Below, piece by piece: positions 28,645 to 37,554 of a DNA stretch of 64,000 nt (position 1 is its first letter; each line of letters starts with the position of its first letter). This stretch comes from Candidatus Poseidoniaceae archaeon. Its GTDB lineage: Archaea; Thermoplasmatota; Poseidoniia; Poseidoniales; Poseidoniaceae. The notes beneath the pieces were generated by a model that was not told where the DNA came from, did not search any database, and saw only the letters and a list, made by a program, of their open reading frames with translations. The translations under genes and the position numbers were made by a program. The stretch covers positions 98,586 to 162,585 of the forward strand of contig CASIAW010000005.1 in assembly GCA_949372875.1 (NCBI GenBank), written 5' to 3'.

Positions 28645-29475
28645 TCACTCTTCTTCTTGAGAAAGACGAGCAACGAGGTCTGCTTTCTTGCCGCCAACTG
28701 GTAAGCCCGCTGCCTTGCAGCGTTCCTTGAGTTCAGCAACTGAAAGAGAGGAGAGGTCTTCACCCTCGTCATCACTAGCATCTTCTTCAACACCGAAGCC
28801 ACGTGGTTCGTGAACTTCGATAAACGAAACTTTACCGCATTCAATAGCATCACGAATTGTGGTGACCAAGCGGAATTTGAGCATTGCAGCGTTGGTATCG
28901 AAAAGCATTGTTTGAGGCAATACGATTGAAAGGTCGTCTCCAGAGAAACTAACCTCAAAACCAGAATGCCCGGTGTTTGCTTGGAGAAGAGCAGTGACTT
29001 TGTCTTCTTTACCCTCGACAACATCAACGACATTGAAGGAGTATTTGAGGGATTTACCAGCCATAGGATGGTTATAATCGATTCGTGCACGACCTGCTGC
29101 AAGATAAGAAAGTTGACCTTGACGACCGTTAATGGTCACGGGTGCACCAATGTAGAGTGCGTTCGGGTCTTGGACTGCTCGAATGAGTTTGTCGATGCTG
29201 ATTGTTTCGACTTGTTCTGGGTCTTTTTCACCATAGGCGTCTTCTGGAGCGATGACGATCTCGGTTTCTTTGCCTTTCTTAGCTTCTCCGAGTGCTGCTT
29301 CAAAACCTGGAATAAGTTGGCCACCGCCGACAATACAAACCATTGGTTCGTAGTTACGACCCTCTTGGTGAGATTCATGTTCCTTGGCGACTGCTTCACG
29401 GGTTGTCTCGATGAGATCCCCTGTTTCATTGTTGTAAAGTTCATAATCAACGTGGACTATTGTTCCATCTTCCAT
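28645..29475 (-). CDS. Long-type archaeal FKBP peptidyl-prolyl cis-trans isomerase (SlyD/FKBP26-like)
   Basis: MEDGTIVHVDYELYNNETGDLIETT... FKBP fold with insert-in-flap region. 276 aa. Confidence 0.75.
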   Translation of the reverse strand: MEDGTIVHVDYELYNNETGDLIETTREAVAKEHESHQEGRNYEPMVCIVGGGQLIPGFEAALGEAKKGKETEIVIAPEDAYGEKDPEQVETISIDKLIRAVQDPNALYIGAPVTINGRQGQLSYLAAGRARIDYNHPMAGKSLKYSFNVVDVVEGKEDKVTALLQANTGHSGFEVSFSGDDLSIVLPQTMLFDTNAAMLKFRLVTTIRDAIECGKVSFIEVHEPRGFGVEEDASDDEGEDLSSLSVAELKERCKAAGLPVGGKKADLVARLSQEEE

Positions 29476-29545
29476 AGTATTACCTCCCTTTCGGGTAGTT
29501 CGGCGACCATCGCCCCCTTCATAATTGCATTGGCGAGGAAGTTGT

Positions 29546-32170
29546 TCACTCTTCCTCCATGGAAGTAGTGTTTATGGCTTTTCGTCGGTCGTTTTTGAAA
29601 ATGTCACCCAGAACGACCACACCCATTCCGATGAGCATTGTTGTCCAGCCGAGCCACACCAGATGGGAGGCTGGAAGGTCGTAAATGGTGACTCGGACGA
29701 TTTGAACAGACTCTGAACCATTCTGCACTGTTTGTTGCATCAAACCATTTGCTTGGCTACCGTCGAAAATGAAAACAATATCCCCACTCCACCGAGTGAG
29801 TGTATCGACTTCTGAACGGGACCTAGACTGCAACACAAATCCAGAATCTGTCGTTGTATCAAAACGTAACATGCCCGGTTCAACCGTTCCGATTTTCTCA
29901 CCAACAGCACCTTGTTCAAGTTCATATACGTTGATTTGGATACCAACATAGCCATCACCAACCTCTAGGTCCTCAGATGTTAAGCGTAAACCTGTAAATT
30001 CGTAGCCATAATTTCCGCTAAGGACAATTTCGTCTTTGACCATCGTTACTCGATGACTCGCATCACCTCTATCGACAAGTACTGTTGTGTATACATGGCC
30101 AATGAGCAGCAAGAGAAGACCGAGATGAACCAAGTGGGCTCCGAAAGGTATACGCTTCCATAGAGGGGTTTTCGGCCGCTCAATTCCTTGGGTAATTATT
30201 ACTTCTTTGATCATTGGAATCACTACCAAAATGAGGAGAGGGAGTGTGAGCCAAGCAAGAACACCACGAACAAGAAGCGTCGACATAGCAGTGCTAGAAT
30301 CCATTCCAAAAGCAGTGGGTTGCCAAATGGCTAACAGAACTGAAAGCAACAAAGTACCAAGCAGCAGGTTCGCATTCCTCTTCGCCTCATGCCGGCGGTT
30401 GGAATACAGGAAAAGAGCAGCGGTGAAAGCCATCACAAAGGGAGTACCATACAATTCGTGTCCCTCGAAATTAATTGCATCAATGCTTGAGAGAAGGAGA
30501 ACTAATGTCAAAATCAAATATGTTCCAACAACCAATACTGAGGCCCATAAAGCCATAACTTGTTGGGATTTTTTATCGAAGAAAGAAAAGGTAGACTCAT
30601 CTTCGGATTCTGGAGCAAGAAGCCATGGAAGAATGAATAACAGCATGATGACACCTGCTGAAACAAGTTCAATCATCCCAGACCATGCACCAGCCAATCC
30701 AAGCATGACTCCAGCTGCACCAAGTGCCCATTGTTTCGTGGCATCTTCCGCAAAAAACAATGGCGTGAAGAATACCAAAAAGAAGGCAGTATAAAGGAAA
30801 TTACCAGTCATTCCAAACATGAGAAGAGAGATGAAAATTAAGACGACAAGCGATAAGTATGCAGGTCTCTTCTCGTTCTTTTGAATCATACCTAAGAAAC
30901 TCCAACCGCCGTATTCCGGTTGATTTACACTCTTTCCGTAGCGAAATTCAAGACAGAGTGGTGCAAATAAAACCAACGAAAAGGCAAATGTTGGTACTGA
31001 AGCATAGACCGCAGGATCAAAGGAAACCGAGCAAGATTGGAGTGAGGAGCCGCAAGACTGGTTAAAGTAAGCATTCAGAATTAAAGCCAATACCACGCCA
31101 ATGACAGGTATACTGAAGAGGCGAAGAGAAGAAACGTGTGGCTTCCAATCCTTATTTGAACTACGCTGTAACTGAAGCCAAAAACCCATGAAGAGCAGGA
31201 GAAGGAGAAGATAAGACATAACTTCTACTCCAGCAGTAGCATCGGATTTGAGAACCATCATCCGAGAAAAAGCATCTGCAGGGGCAGTGCCTTCCGAATC
31301 AGTGACAAAGGTATGAACTGAAGAAGCCCAAACACCGCCGGCTCGAGTAACGAGCGTTGCAAAAAGAGCAAGGCCTCCTGCTGCTAAACCTGCCCCTATC
31401 CAAGTGTTTTCCGAGGTTTTGCCTGGACGAGTACGAAGATGGGACATGAAAACTAAAGCAAGCCAAGGCAACATAGAACCTGTTTCGACAGGATCCCAGG
31501 CCCAATAACCTCCCCAATCAAGAATCAGATAGGCCCATAACCCACCGAGCCCGATACCAAGAGTTGAGACAAACAGACCTGGCCGAACAATACTCAGCAT
31601 GCGATCTTTAATCCCACTTGCATCGGCAAACATCGAGGAAAGAGCGACACAACTGATGTGCAAGCAAAGGGAATATGCGAGAAAGATAAGAGGGGGATGG
31701 ATGACCATGAGGTCAGTTTGAAGTAATTCGTTCAAACCCTGTCCCATTCCAGTTCCAGTGCTTTGTTTGAATGGTTCGAGATTCAACGCAAGCAGCAGAA
31801 TGAGCAGATTGAAGCCATAGACTAATCGGAGTCGGAGAGGGTAGGTCGAAGTGATATTTTCTCCAGCCATAGGTTGTCTCCAGATATAGGCCAGTAATGT
31901 CATCCACATCACCCACAAGAGCAAGGGCCCTTCACGTGCAGCCCAAGTTGCCGCAAACCGATATCGGAGTGGAAGATCTTCGCCCCCATACGAGACTACG
32001 TGGGCAAATGAGGTGTCATTGACGAGAAAACGACTCGCAAGAGCAAAAAAAGGAACGGCCATGAGAACATGGCAAGTGATGAAACCAAGTTTCGATTGAC
32101 GCTGGAGTAATGGGCGAATCAACAATACTACTGCGGCGAGGATTGCAAGCCACATTGTAACCCCCCACAT
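29546..32170 (-). CDS. ccmF: Cytochrome c-type biogenesis protein CcmF-like (heme lyase, WWD family) with a C-terminal extension of about 200 aa
   Basis: Tryptophan-rich WWD motif WGGYWAWDPVETGSMLPWL. At least 14 TM helices. 874 aa, versus about 650 aa for typical CcmF. Confidence 0.65.
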   Translation of the reverse strand: MWGVTMWLAILAAVVLLIRPLLQRQSKLGFITCHVLMAVPFFALASRFLVNDTSFAHVVSYGGEDLPLRYRFAATWAAREGPLLLWVMWMTLLAYIWRQPMAGENITSTYPLRLRLVYGFNLLILLLALNLEPFKQSTGTGMGQGLNELLQTDLMVIHPPLIFLAYSLCLHISCVALSSMFADASGIKDRMLSIVRPGLFVSTLGIGLGGLWAYLILDWGGYWAWDPVETGSMLPWLALVFMSHLRTRPGKTSENTWIGAGLAAGGLALFATLVTRAGGVWASSVHTFVTDSEGTAPADAFSRMMVLKSDATAGVEVMSYLLLLLLFMGFWLQLQRSSNKDWKPHVSSLRLFSIPVIGVVLALILNAYFNQSCGSSLQSCSVSFDPAVYASVPTFAFSLVLFAPLCLEFRYGKSVNQPEYGGWSFLGMIQKNEKRPAYLSLVVLIFISLLMFGMTGNFLYTAFFLVFFTPLFFAEDATKQWALGAAGVMLGLAGAWSGMIELVSAGVIMLLFILPWLLAPESEDESTFSFFDKKSQQVMALWASVLVVGTYLILTLVLLLSSIDAINFEGHELYGTPFVMAFTAALFLYSNRRHEAKRNANLLLGTLLLSVLLAIWQPTAFGMDSSTAMSTLLVRGVLAWLTLPLLILVVIPMIKEVIITQGIERPKTPLWKRIPFGAHLVHLGLLLLLIGHVYTTVLVDRGDASHRVTMVKDEIVLSGNYGYEFTGLRLTSEDLEVGDGYVGIQINVYELEQGAVGEKIGTVEPGMLRFDTTTDSGFVLQSRSRSEVDTLTRWSGDIVFIFDGSQANGLMQQTVQNGSESVQIVRVTIYDLPASHLVWLGWTTMLIGMGVVVLGDIFKNDRRKAINTTSMEEE

Positions 32171-32233
32171 GGGTCTTGGTCGTGATGCTCCCTCAAGGAG
32201 GTTGCGCGTGTTCTAAGTTCAAACCACAGCGGA

Positions 32234-33481
32234 TTACCAACCGAAAAACTTCGCTCGAGAATAGCCGAAAGAGAGAAGCACATGAATGACGCTTTTCGTG
32301 AATAACATTGGCTTGCGGAAAAGTATTTTGAATCCAATTCCCACTTTTTGTAAAGGAGACATGTTTCCGAGTTCTTCAGGTAAACAATGCGCCATAACAG
32401 ACATTTCATCGTCCGTAAGTTCATACAGCGCAGTTTTTCCTTTCAAGATTTTAGAATAAGGAGGGAATGTTTTCTTCCATGCCTTTTCATAATCCATGAG
32501 CTTCTCTTTTGAGAGGTGAGAATCTGATGCCATCACAGACGCAATCGTTTGGGCTGCTTGTCGACCCGACCATAGAGCCAAGTGCGAACCACCTTCAAAC
32601 AGCGGAGAAGTGAAACCTGCAGCGTCGCCAACAAGAATCAAACCGTCACCTACGGTAACAGATCGCGGGCCTGAAATCGGAATCGTCCCGCCAAAGGGTC
32701 GAACTTTGATGCCATCCGCCCTCCATGGAGGGTTTACGGTTGGCTTGCCATCCAAATAGGTGTCTTCAATGAACGAATTAAGATACTTGATTGCTCCCTT
32801 TTTATCGGTTGTCACCAAGCCTACATTGGCCCGGCCTCCTTCTTTCGGAATCATCCAGACGTAGCCGTGCGGAGAATACTTTGGCCAGATGTAGAAATCT
32901 AAGTATCCATCGTTTTTGACATCCAGCATTTCATATTGGAACCCTGCAATGACTTCAACTTCAGTGCCCATGTCAAGGAGTTTTGAGGCAGCACCAGAGA
33001 CACCTGATGCATCAATCACTGATTTACATTCCAATGGAAATCCGTCCCCCTTGCCATTAATTTTCCAATAGGAAAATTGATTCTCGCTATTGAAAATTCG
33101 TTCCATAGAAGTCACGCGATGATGGAGTTTTAACTCTGCGCCTTCTTTGATGGCTTCCTCACATAGCCAGCGTTCAAAGAGATGTTTTTCAAGCACGTAT
33201 CCTTTCTCAGTGAGAAGCTTTTCAGTGCCATCAGGAAATATGACTCGAATGCCTTTCACATCGAGTGCTTTTACGTGGTCTGGTATCTTTAAATCGAGGT
33301 TTTCAACAGCCAATTCGCTCAAGCATTCACCGCAATGAACAGGAGTTCCAACTTCTGGATCTGCTTCAACAATGAGGGTGGATAAACCAGCTCTTGAGGC
33401 ATGAAGTGCAGCAGAGCCACCACCGGGCCCGGCTCCAATGACTAGGACATCATACATCTTCGGTCCCTCCGCCATGTGCAT
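32234..33481 (-). CDS. Geranylgeranyl reductase (FAD-dependent; digeranylgeranylglycerophospholipid reductase family)
   Basis: FAD-binding MYDVLVIGAGPGGGSAALHASRAG and the GGR-family Cys (PVHCGE). 415 aa. Confidence 0.8.
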   Translation of the reverse strand: MHMAEGPKMYDVLVIGAGPGGGSAALHASRAGLSTLIVEADPEVGTPVHCGECLSELAVENLDLKIPDHVKALDVKGIRVIFPDGTEKLLTEKGYVLEKHLFERWLCEEAIKEGAELKLHHRVTSMERIFNSENQFSYWKINGKGDGFPLECKSVIDASGVSGAASKLLDMGTEVEVIAGFQYEMLDVKNDGYLDFYIWPKYSPHGYVWMIPKEGGRANVGLVTTDKKGAIKYLNSFIEDTYLDGKPTVNPPWRADGIKVRPFGGTIPISGPRSVTVGDGLILVGDAAGFTSPLFEGGSHLALWSGRQAAQTIASVMASDSHLSKEKLMDYEKAWKKTFPPYSKILKGKTALYELTDDEMSVMAHCLPEELGNMSPLQKVGIGFKILFRKPMLFTKSVIHVLLSFGYSRAKFFGW

Positions 33482-33527
33482 CTACCGGAGAATCAAGTCC
33501 ATGAAAGAAACGGTCAAAACCACTGGT

Positions 33528-33998
33528 TCAATCCTCGTTAGGACGATGGAGAACTGCGACAAATGCCAGCAACGTGATCGAGGCTGCGAATGATACGGAG
33601 GGAGTTTTCTCCGGAATTTCCTCCTCCTCTTCAATTTCAGAGATGGGAGCCGGAGCTGGCTCAACGGTGATTAATCCGACCATTCCCACACTTTCATGCG
33701 GCTCGCAAACAAACTGATATGAACCGGCCATGCCGACTTCAAACTCAAACCGGTAATCAACATCTCGTGCAGGTTCTCCAGAGTCAAACAACCCACTGTC
33801 TTCGACAGCGTTGTGAGGTAGTGCTTGACCACCCCAAACAAATCGAACTGCTTGTCCCTCCTCGAGAGTGACTTCTGAGGGGTTAAACCGCAGATTTGTG
33901 CTGTCAACAGTGATGATGACATCGTTTGCGGACTCTTGAGCGGAAGCGAGTCCAGTGCTGCAGATGAGCAAGAACAGAGCGAAGAGTGTGCTTTTCAT
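33528..33998 (-). CDS. Halocyanin/plastocyanin-like blue-copper protein (cupredoxin), secreted
   Basis: Start set at the internal ATG giving signal peptide MKSTLFALFLLICSTGLASA. Type-1 copper ligand pattern ...PHNAV...CEPHESVGM (H, C, H, M). Confidence 0.65.
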   Translation of the reverse strand: MKSTLFALFLLICSTGLASAQESANDVIITVDSTNLRFNPSEVTLEEGQAVRFVWGGQALPHNAVEDSGLFDSGEPARDVDYRFEFEVGMAGSYQFVCEPHESVGMVGLITVEPAPAPISEIEEEEEIPEKTPSVSFAASITLLAFVAVLHRPNED

Positions 33999-34109
33999 GA
34001 GTTGCCACACTCGATGGAGGTTTTCAATGCATGTATTGCAAAGCAGTGCATTTTTGTCGCATGTGAGCGAATACGACGGTTCAAAGGTAGGTTCCGTAAC
34101 GGAAGGTCG

Positions 34110-36071
34110 ATGGCGTGGCGTACTTCCAAGCGATGGCTCAACCATCTTGAGCAGCGCGGTGAGTTGTTGAAAATCTCTCGACCGGTTGACGTCCAATTTG
34201 AAGCCGGTGCGATTGCAGACCTGTTAGTCAAGAATGACGGCCCTGCGGTTCTCTTTGAACAACCTCGACTGCCAGATGGTTCGATAAGCGAGATACCACT
34301 GGCCATGAATTTGTTTGGCGGCCAAGACAGGACCCTTCGTGCACTCGGTGCAAGCCATGAGACCGAAATCGGAGACCGAATGGTTGCGATGATGAAGCCT
34401 GACATTGGCCTCTACATGCGCAAACCGTGGAAAGGACTCCCTCTTGTACGAGATGCATTAGCAATGCCTCCAAAAAAGAAGCGAAAAGGGAACTGTCAAC
34501 GCGTGAAATTGCCTCTTGACTTAACGAAACTCCCAATCCCGACGACATGGCCAAAAGACGGTGGTCCGTTTGTTACTCTTCCATTGGTCGTCACAAAGAA
34601 TCCTAAGAATGGAGAGCACAACCTTGGCATGTATCGTGCTCAAGTCTTCGGTCCAAAACAGATCGGACTCCATTGGCAAATTCACAAACATGCTGCAGAC
34701 CATGCTGCAGCCATCAAAGATTCAGGTGGGGACGGACGTATGCCCGTAGCCATTTGCATGGGCGGACCTCCTGAACTTATTTTCTCAGCCATTTCTCCAC
34801 TACCAGACAACCTAAGCGAGTATCAATTTGCTGGAATCTTAGGTCGTAAGTCACTTCCTATTACCAAAGCACTCACCCAGGATTTGATGGTCCCTGCTGA
34901 AGCAGATATTGTGATTGAAGGCTACTGTATTCCAGGCGAGACTCGACTTGAGGGGCCCTTTGGCGACCACTTCGGATTTTATTCATTGACCGGTCAATAT
35001 CCTGTGATGCACGTGACAGCCATTACGTGTCGAAAGGATGCGGTCCTTGCAGCGACCATTGTTGGCCTGCCACCGATGGAAGATGGTCATCTGGGTGAAG
35101 CAATCGGGCGCCAATTTTCTCCAGTCCTCAATTTCCAACATCGAGATGTCAGTAGCGTTCACTTGCCAATGGAAACCGGTTTCCACAATCTTGCCATTGT
35201 ATCTTCAAAACAACGCTATCCACGACAAGGAAGAAAAACTGCCCTTGGATTGCTTGGTGCAGGACAAATGATGTTCTTGAAAACGATGATTGCGATTGAC
35301 GAGGGTCAAAATCCGAAAAACTTGGAAGCGCTGTTAGATGCACTTAACTCAAAAGTCGATATTTCGACTGACGTGCTTGTTCTTGATGGAATGGTTGCTG
35401 ATTCTTTGGAAGCAGCAAGCCCCTATGAAAACGTCCACAGTAAGTTACTGATTGATGCTACGACGCTTGCCCAACGAGATCCACGCTCCGCAAATGACCC
35501 GTTGGAAGGCTCATACAGTCAAGCAACACCTGAGTGGCGTCAAGGAATCGGCAAAGCACCTGGATTCTCTGGCATTGAAGAGGTTCTCAAACTCAAACAT
35601 GTCACTGAGGCGAGAATGCTACGAGACAGCATCATGGTCGTAACGACTCATATCGAAAACACACCAACCCCTCAAGACGGTCAAGATGAGTCAAATGATG
35701 AAGCTGAAGCGGCAAGAAGGGAGCGTATTTCTCAATTGCGAAAATCAATTTGGCAATTGGATAAATCATCCTCACTTCGCTGGCTCTTTATCACCAATGA
35801 TGACCTCGATTTACACTGTGATAAAGCTCGACGTCGCCTCTTGTGGCAACTCACCTCTCGATTTGATGTTGGCCGTGGACTCATGTTTGATGAAAAGAAA
35901 GAGAGACTCTGCTGGGATGCTACGACCCCAATCCCCTCCAAACAATACGGTGTACGCAGATGGCCATCGATTACTCTGCATTCTGCTGAAACATTGGAAA
36001 AGATAGCACAACATCCTGAATTAGAATCATATGAGTGGCCCCCCCACCTCTCTTTCGGGGGACCGAAGTGA
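34110..36071 (+). CDS. ubiD: UbiD-family (prenylated-FMN-dependent) decarboxylase with a C-terminal extension of about 160 aa
   Basis: UbiD-like N-terminus (MAWRTSKRWLNHLEQRGELLKISRPVDVQFEAGAI...) and core. Start moved to the ATG at 34110 (ORF opens at 33936). Confidence 0.75.
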   Translation: MAWRTSKRWLNHLEQRGELLKISRPVDVQFEAGAIADLLVKNDGPAVLFEQPRLPDGSISEIPLAMNLFGGQDRTLRALGASHETEIGDRMVAMMKPDIGLYMRKPWKGLPLVRDALAMPPKKKRKGNCQRVKLPLDLTKLPIPTTWPKDGGPFVTLPLVVTKNPKNGEHNLGMYRAQVFGPKQIGLHWQIHKHAADHAAAIKDSGGDGRMPVAICMGGPPELIFSAISPLPDNLSEYQFAGILGRKSLPITKALTQDLMVPAEADIVIEGYCIPGETRLEGPFGDHFGFYSLTGQYPVMHVTAITCRKDAVLAATIVGLPPMEDGHLGEAIGRQFSPVLNFQHRDVSSVHLPMETGFHNLAIVSSKQRYPRQGRKTALGLLGAGQMMFLKTMIAIDEGQNPKNLEALLDALNSKVDISTDVLVLDGMVADSLEAASPYENVHSKLLIDATTLAQRDPRSANDPLEGSYSQATPEWRQGIGKAPGFSGIEEVLKLKHVTEARMLRDSIMVVTTHIENTPTPQDGQDESNDEAEAARRERISQLRKSIWQLDKSSSLRWLFITNDDLDLHCDKARRRLLWQLTSRFDVGRGLMFDEKKERLCWDATTPIPSKQYGVRRWPSITLHSAETLEKIAQHPELESYEWPPHLSFGGPK

Positions 36072-36991
36072 TGGATGCGAAACAAATCCTGTCTTTCATT
36101 AAAATCGAACACACACTGTTCTCTCTACCATTCGTTCTCATTGGCTATATGATTGCCATAGAACAGTTCAACATCTCACCGGGTATTGACTTACTCTGGA
36201 TTCTTCTTGCTGCTGTGGGTGCACGAGGCCTAGCAATGGCTCTCAATCGAATCATTGACCGAGATATTGATGCTGCTAATCCTCGTACAAAAGACCGTCA
36301 TCTCGCTTCTGGAGCAATGAGTCTGCGTACTGCATGGACGCTTTCGGCTTTCTTCTTCTTTATGCTACTTGTGAGCGCTGGCATGCTCAATACCGTCGCA
36401 CTCATGATGTCGTGGCTACCTGTTCTTGTCTTCGTCATCTACCCCTACATGAAAAGATACACCTGGCTGTGCCATTTCTGGCTTGGTCTTTGCCTGGGTC
36501 TTGCCCCTGCAGGTGCTTGGGTGGCCATGGCTGCAGACGTGCATGGATGGGCAGCCATAACTGGAATGTTCGAAAATGAAACCGTATTTTTGTGGTCAGC
36601 AACAATACTACCTATTTCGTTGGGAGTTGCATTATGGATTGCCGCTTTTGACATCAATTATGCTCGCATGGATGTCGAGAATGACCGTAACAGCGGCATA
36701 CACTCATTCCCCTCCCGATTCGGCGAAGATCTGACAACCCGTGCTACGGTTCAATTGACGCTTGTATGGTTTGCATGTTTTGCCGTCTCCAACCCGATGG
36801 ACGGGGTTTGGTTTCTCGCTGCCGCTGGATTGATGGCAGGGTTGAACATTTGGGTTGTCTTAGCAAAAAACAAGTTTGAAGACTTTCAAACGGTTTTATT
36901 CCGAGCCTCAATGTTGACCGGATGGATGCTTCTGTTTGCACTCATCATCGGTTTCATGCTGGAGCCAAGCGCTGAAGGAATGTTGGACTGA
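36071..36991 (+). CDS. ubiA: UbiA-family aromatic prenyltransferase (4-hydroxybenzoate polyprenyltransferase-like)
   Basis: Asp-rich motif NRIIDRDIDAANPRTKDRHLASG, 8-9 TM helices. ATG overlaps the ubiD stop by 1 nt (TGATG). Confidence 0.8.
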   Translation: MDAKQILSFIKIEHTLFSLPFVLIGYMIAIEQFNISPGIDLLWILLAAVGARGLAMALNRIIDRDIDAANPRTKDRHLASGAMSLRTAWTLSAFFFFMLLVSAGMLNTVALMMSWLPVLVFVIYPYMKRYTWLCHFWLGLCLGLAPAGAWVAMAADVHGWAAITGMFENETVFLWSATILPISLGVALWIAAFDINYARMDVENDRNSGIHSFPSRFGEDLTTRATVQLTLVWFACFAVSNPMDGVWFLAAAGLMAGLNIWVVLAKNKFEDFQTVLFRASMLTGWMLLFALIIGFMLEPSAEGMLD

Positions 36992-37077
36992 AAGGCTCTC
37001 ATCCGAATGCTGGCCGGTTTTTTCGACCACACTTCACCTATGGAAGGTTGATGTGCTTCAAGCAATCACCGTATATC

Positions 37078-37455
37078 ATGAACCCTATTGTAAAATCACT
37101 GCTTGAGTTTAATGAAGCCTTTGAAATCCCAAAACTCGATTCTCCAGGACTCGGAACAGATGAAATGATTGAACTGCGAATCAAATTACTTCGCGAAGAA
37201 GTAGAAGAATACGCAGAGGCTGCTCGGGCGGGCGATATGGTTGAGGTTCTCGATGCGCTTGCAGACATTGGCTACATTCTCGGTGGAACCATCATCAACC
37301 ATGGTATGCAGAAGATTTACGATGATGCATTCAATGAAGTTCATCGCTCAAACATGGCGAAACTGGTTGATGGAAAGGTCATTCGACGTGAAGATGGAAA
37401 GGTGCTCAAACCAAAAGGTTGGCAACCACCGCAACTCGCTCAATTCCTCGAATAA
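37078..37455 (+). CDS. MazG-like nucleoside-triphosphate pyrophosphohydrolase (all-alpha NTP-PPase / HisE-like)
   Basis: EEVEEYAEAARAGDMVEVLDALADIGYIL matches the MazG/HisE EExxE...D metal-binding helix pair. About 125 aa. Confidence 0.55.
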   Translation: MNPIVKSLLEFNEAFEIPKLDSPGLGTDEMIELRIKLLREEVEEYAEAARAGDMVEVLDALADIGYILGGTIINHGMQKIYDDAFNEVHRSNMAKLVDGKVIRREDGKVLKPKGWQPPQLAQFLE

Positions 37456-37554
37456 GCCTCTATGAACTTTCGAGTGGAAAAAAACCACTAAGTCCCCCAA
37501 AGAGGCTTGTGAAAACGCGGCAATCTAGATATACCATGGCGTTAAGTTGAACAC

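Noticed and set aside
33936-34109. N-terminal 58 codons of the ORF-track UbiD frame
   Set aside because: This segment would overlap the halocyanin gene on the other strand. UbiD homology begins at the internal Met (34110).
37456-37554. 8-bp inverted repeat AAGCCTCT...AGAGGCTT with embedded GTGG-A7-CCAC upstream of the giant gene
   Set aside because: The arms are 39 nt apart with weak internal pairing. It could be a terminator for the MazG-like gene or chance. It was not strong enough to call as a feature.
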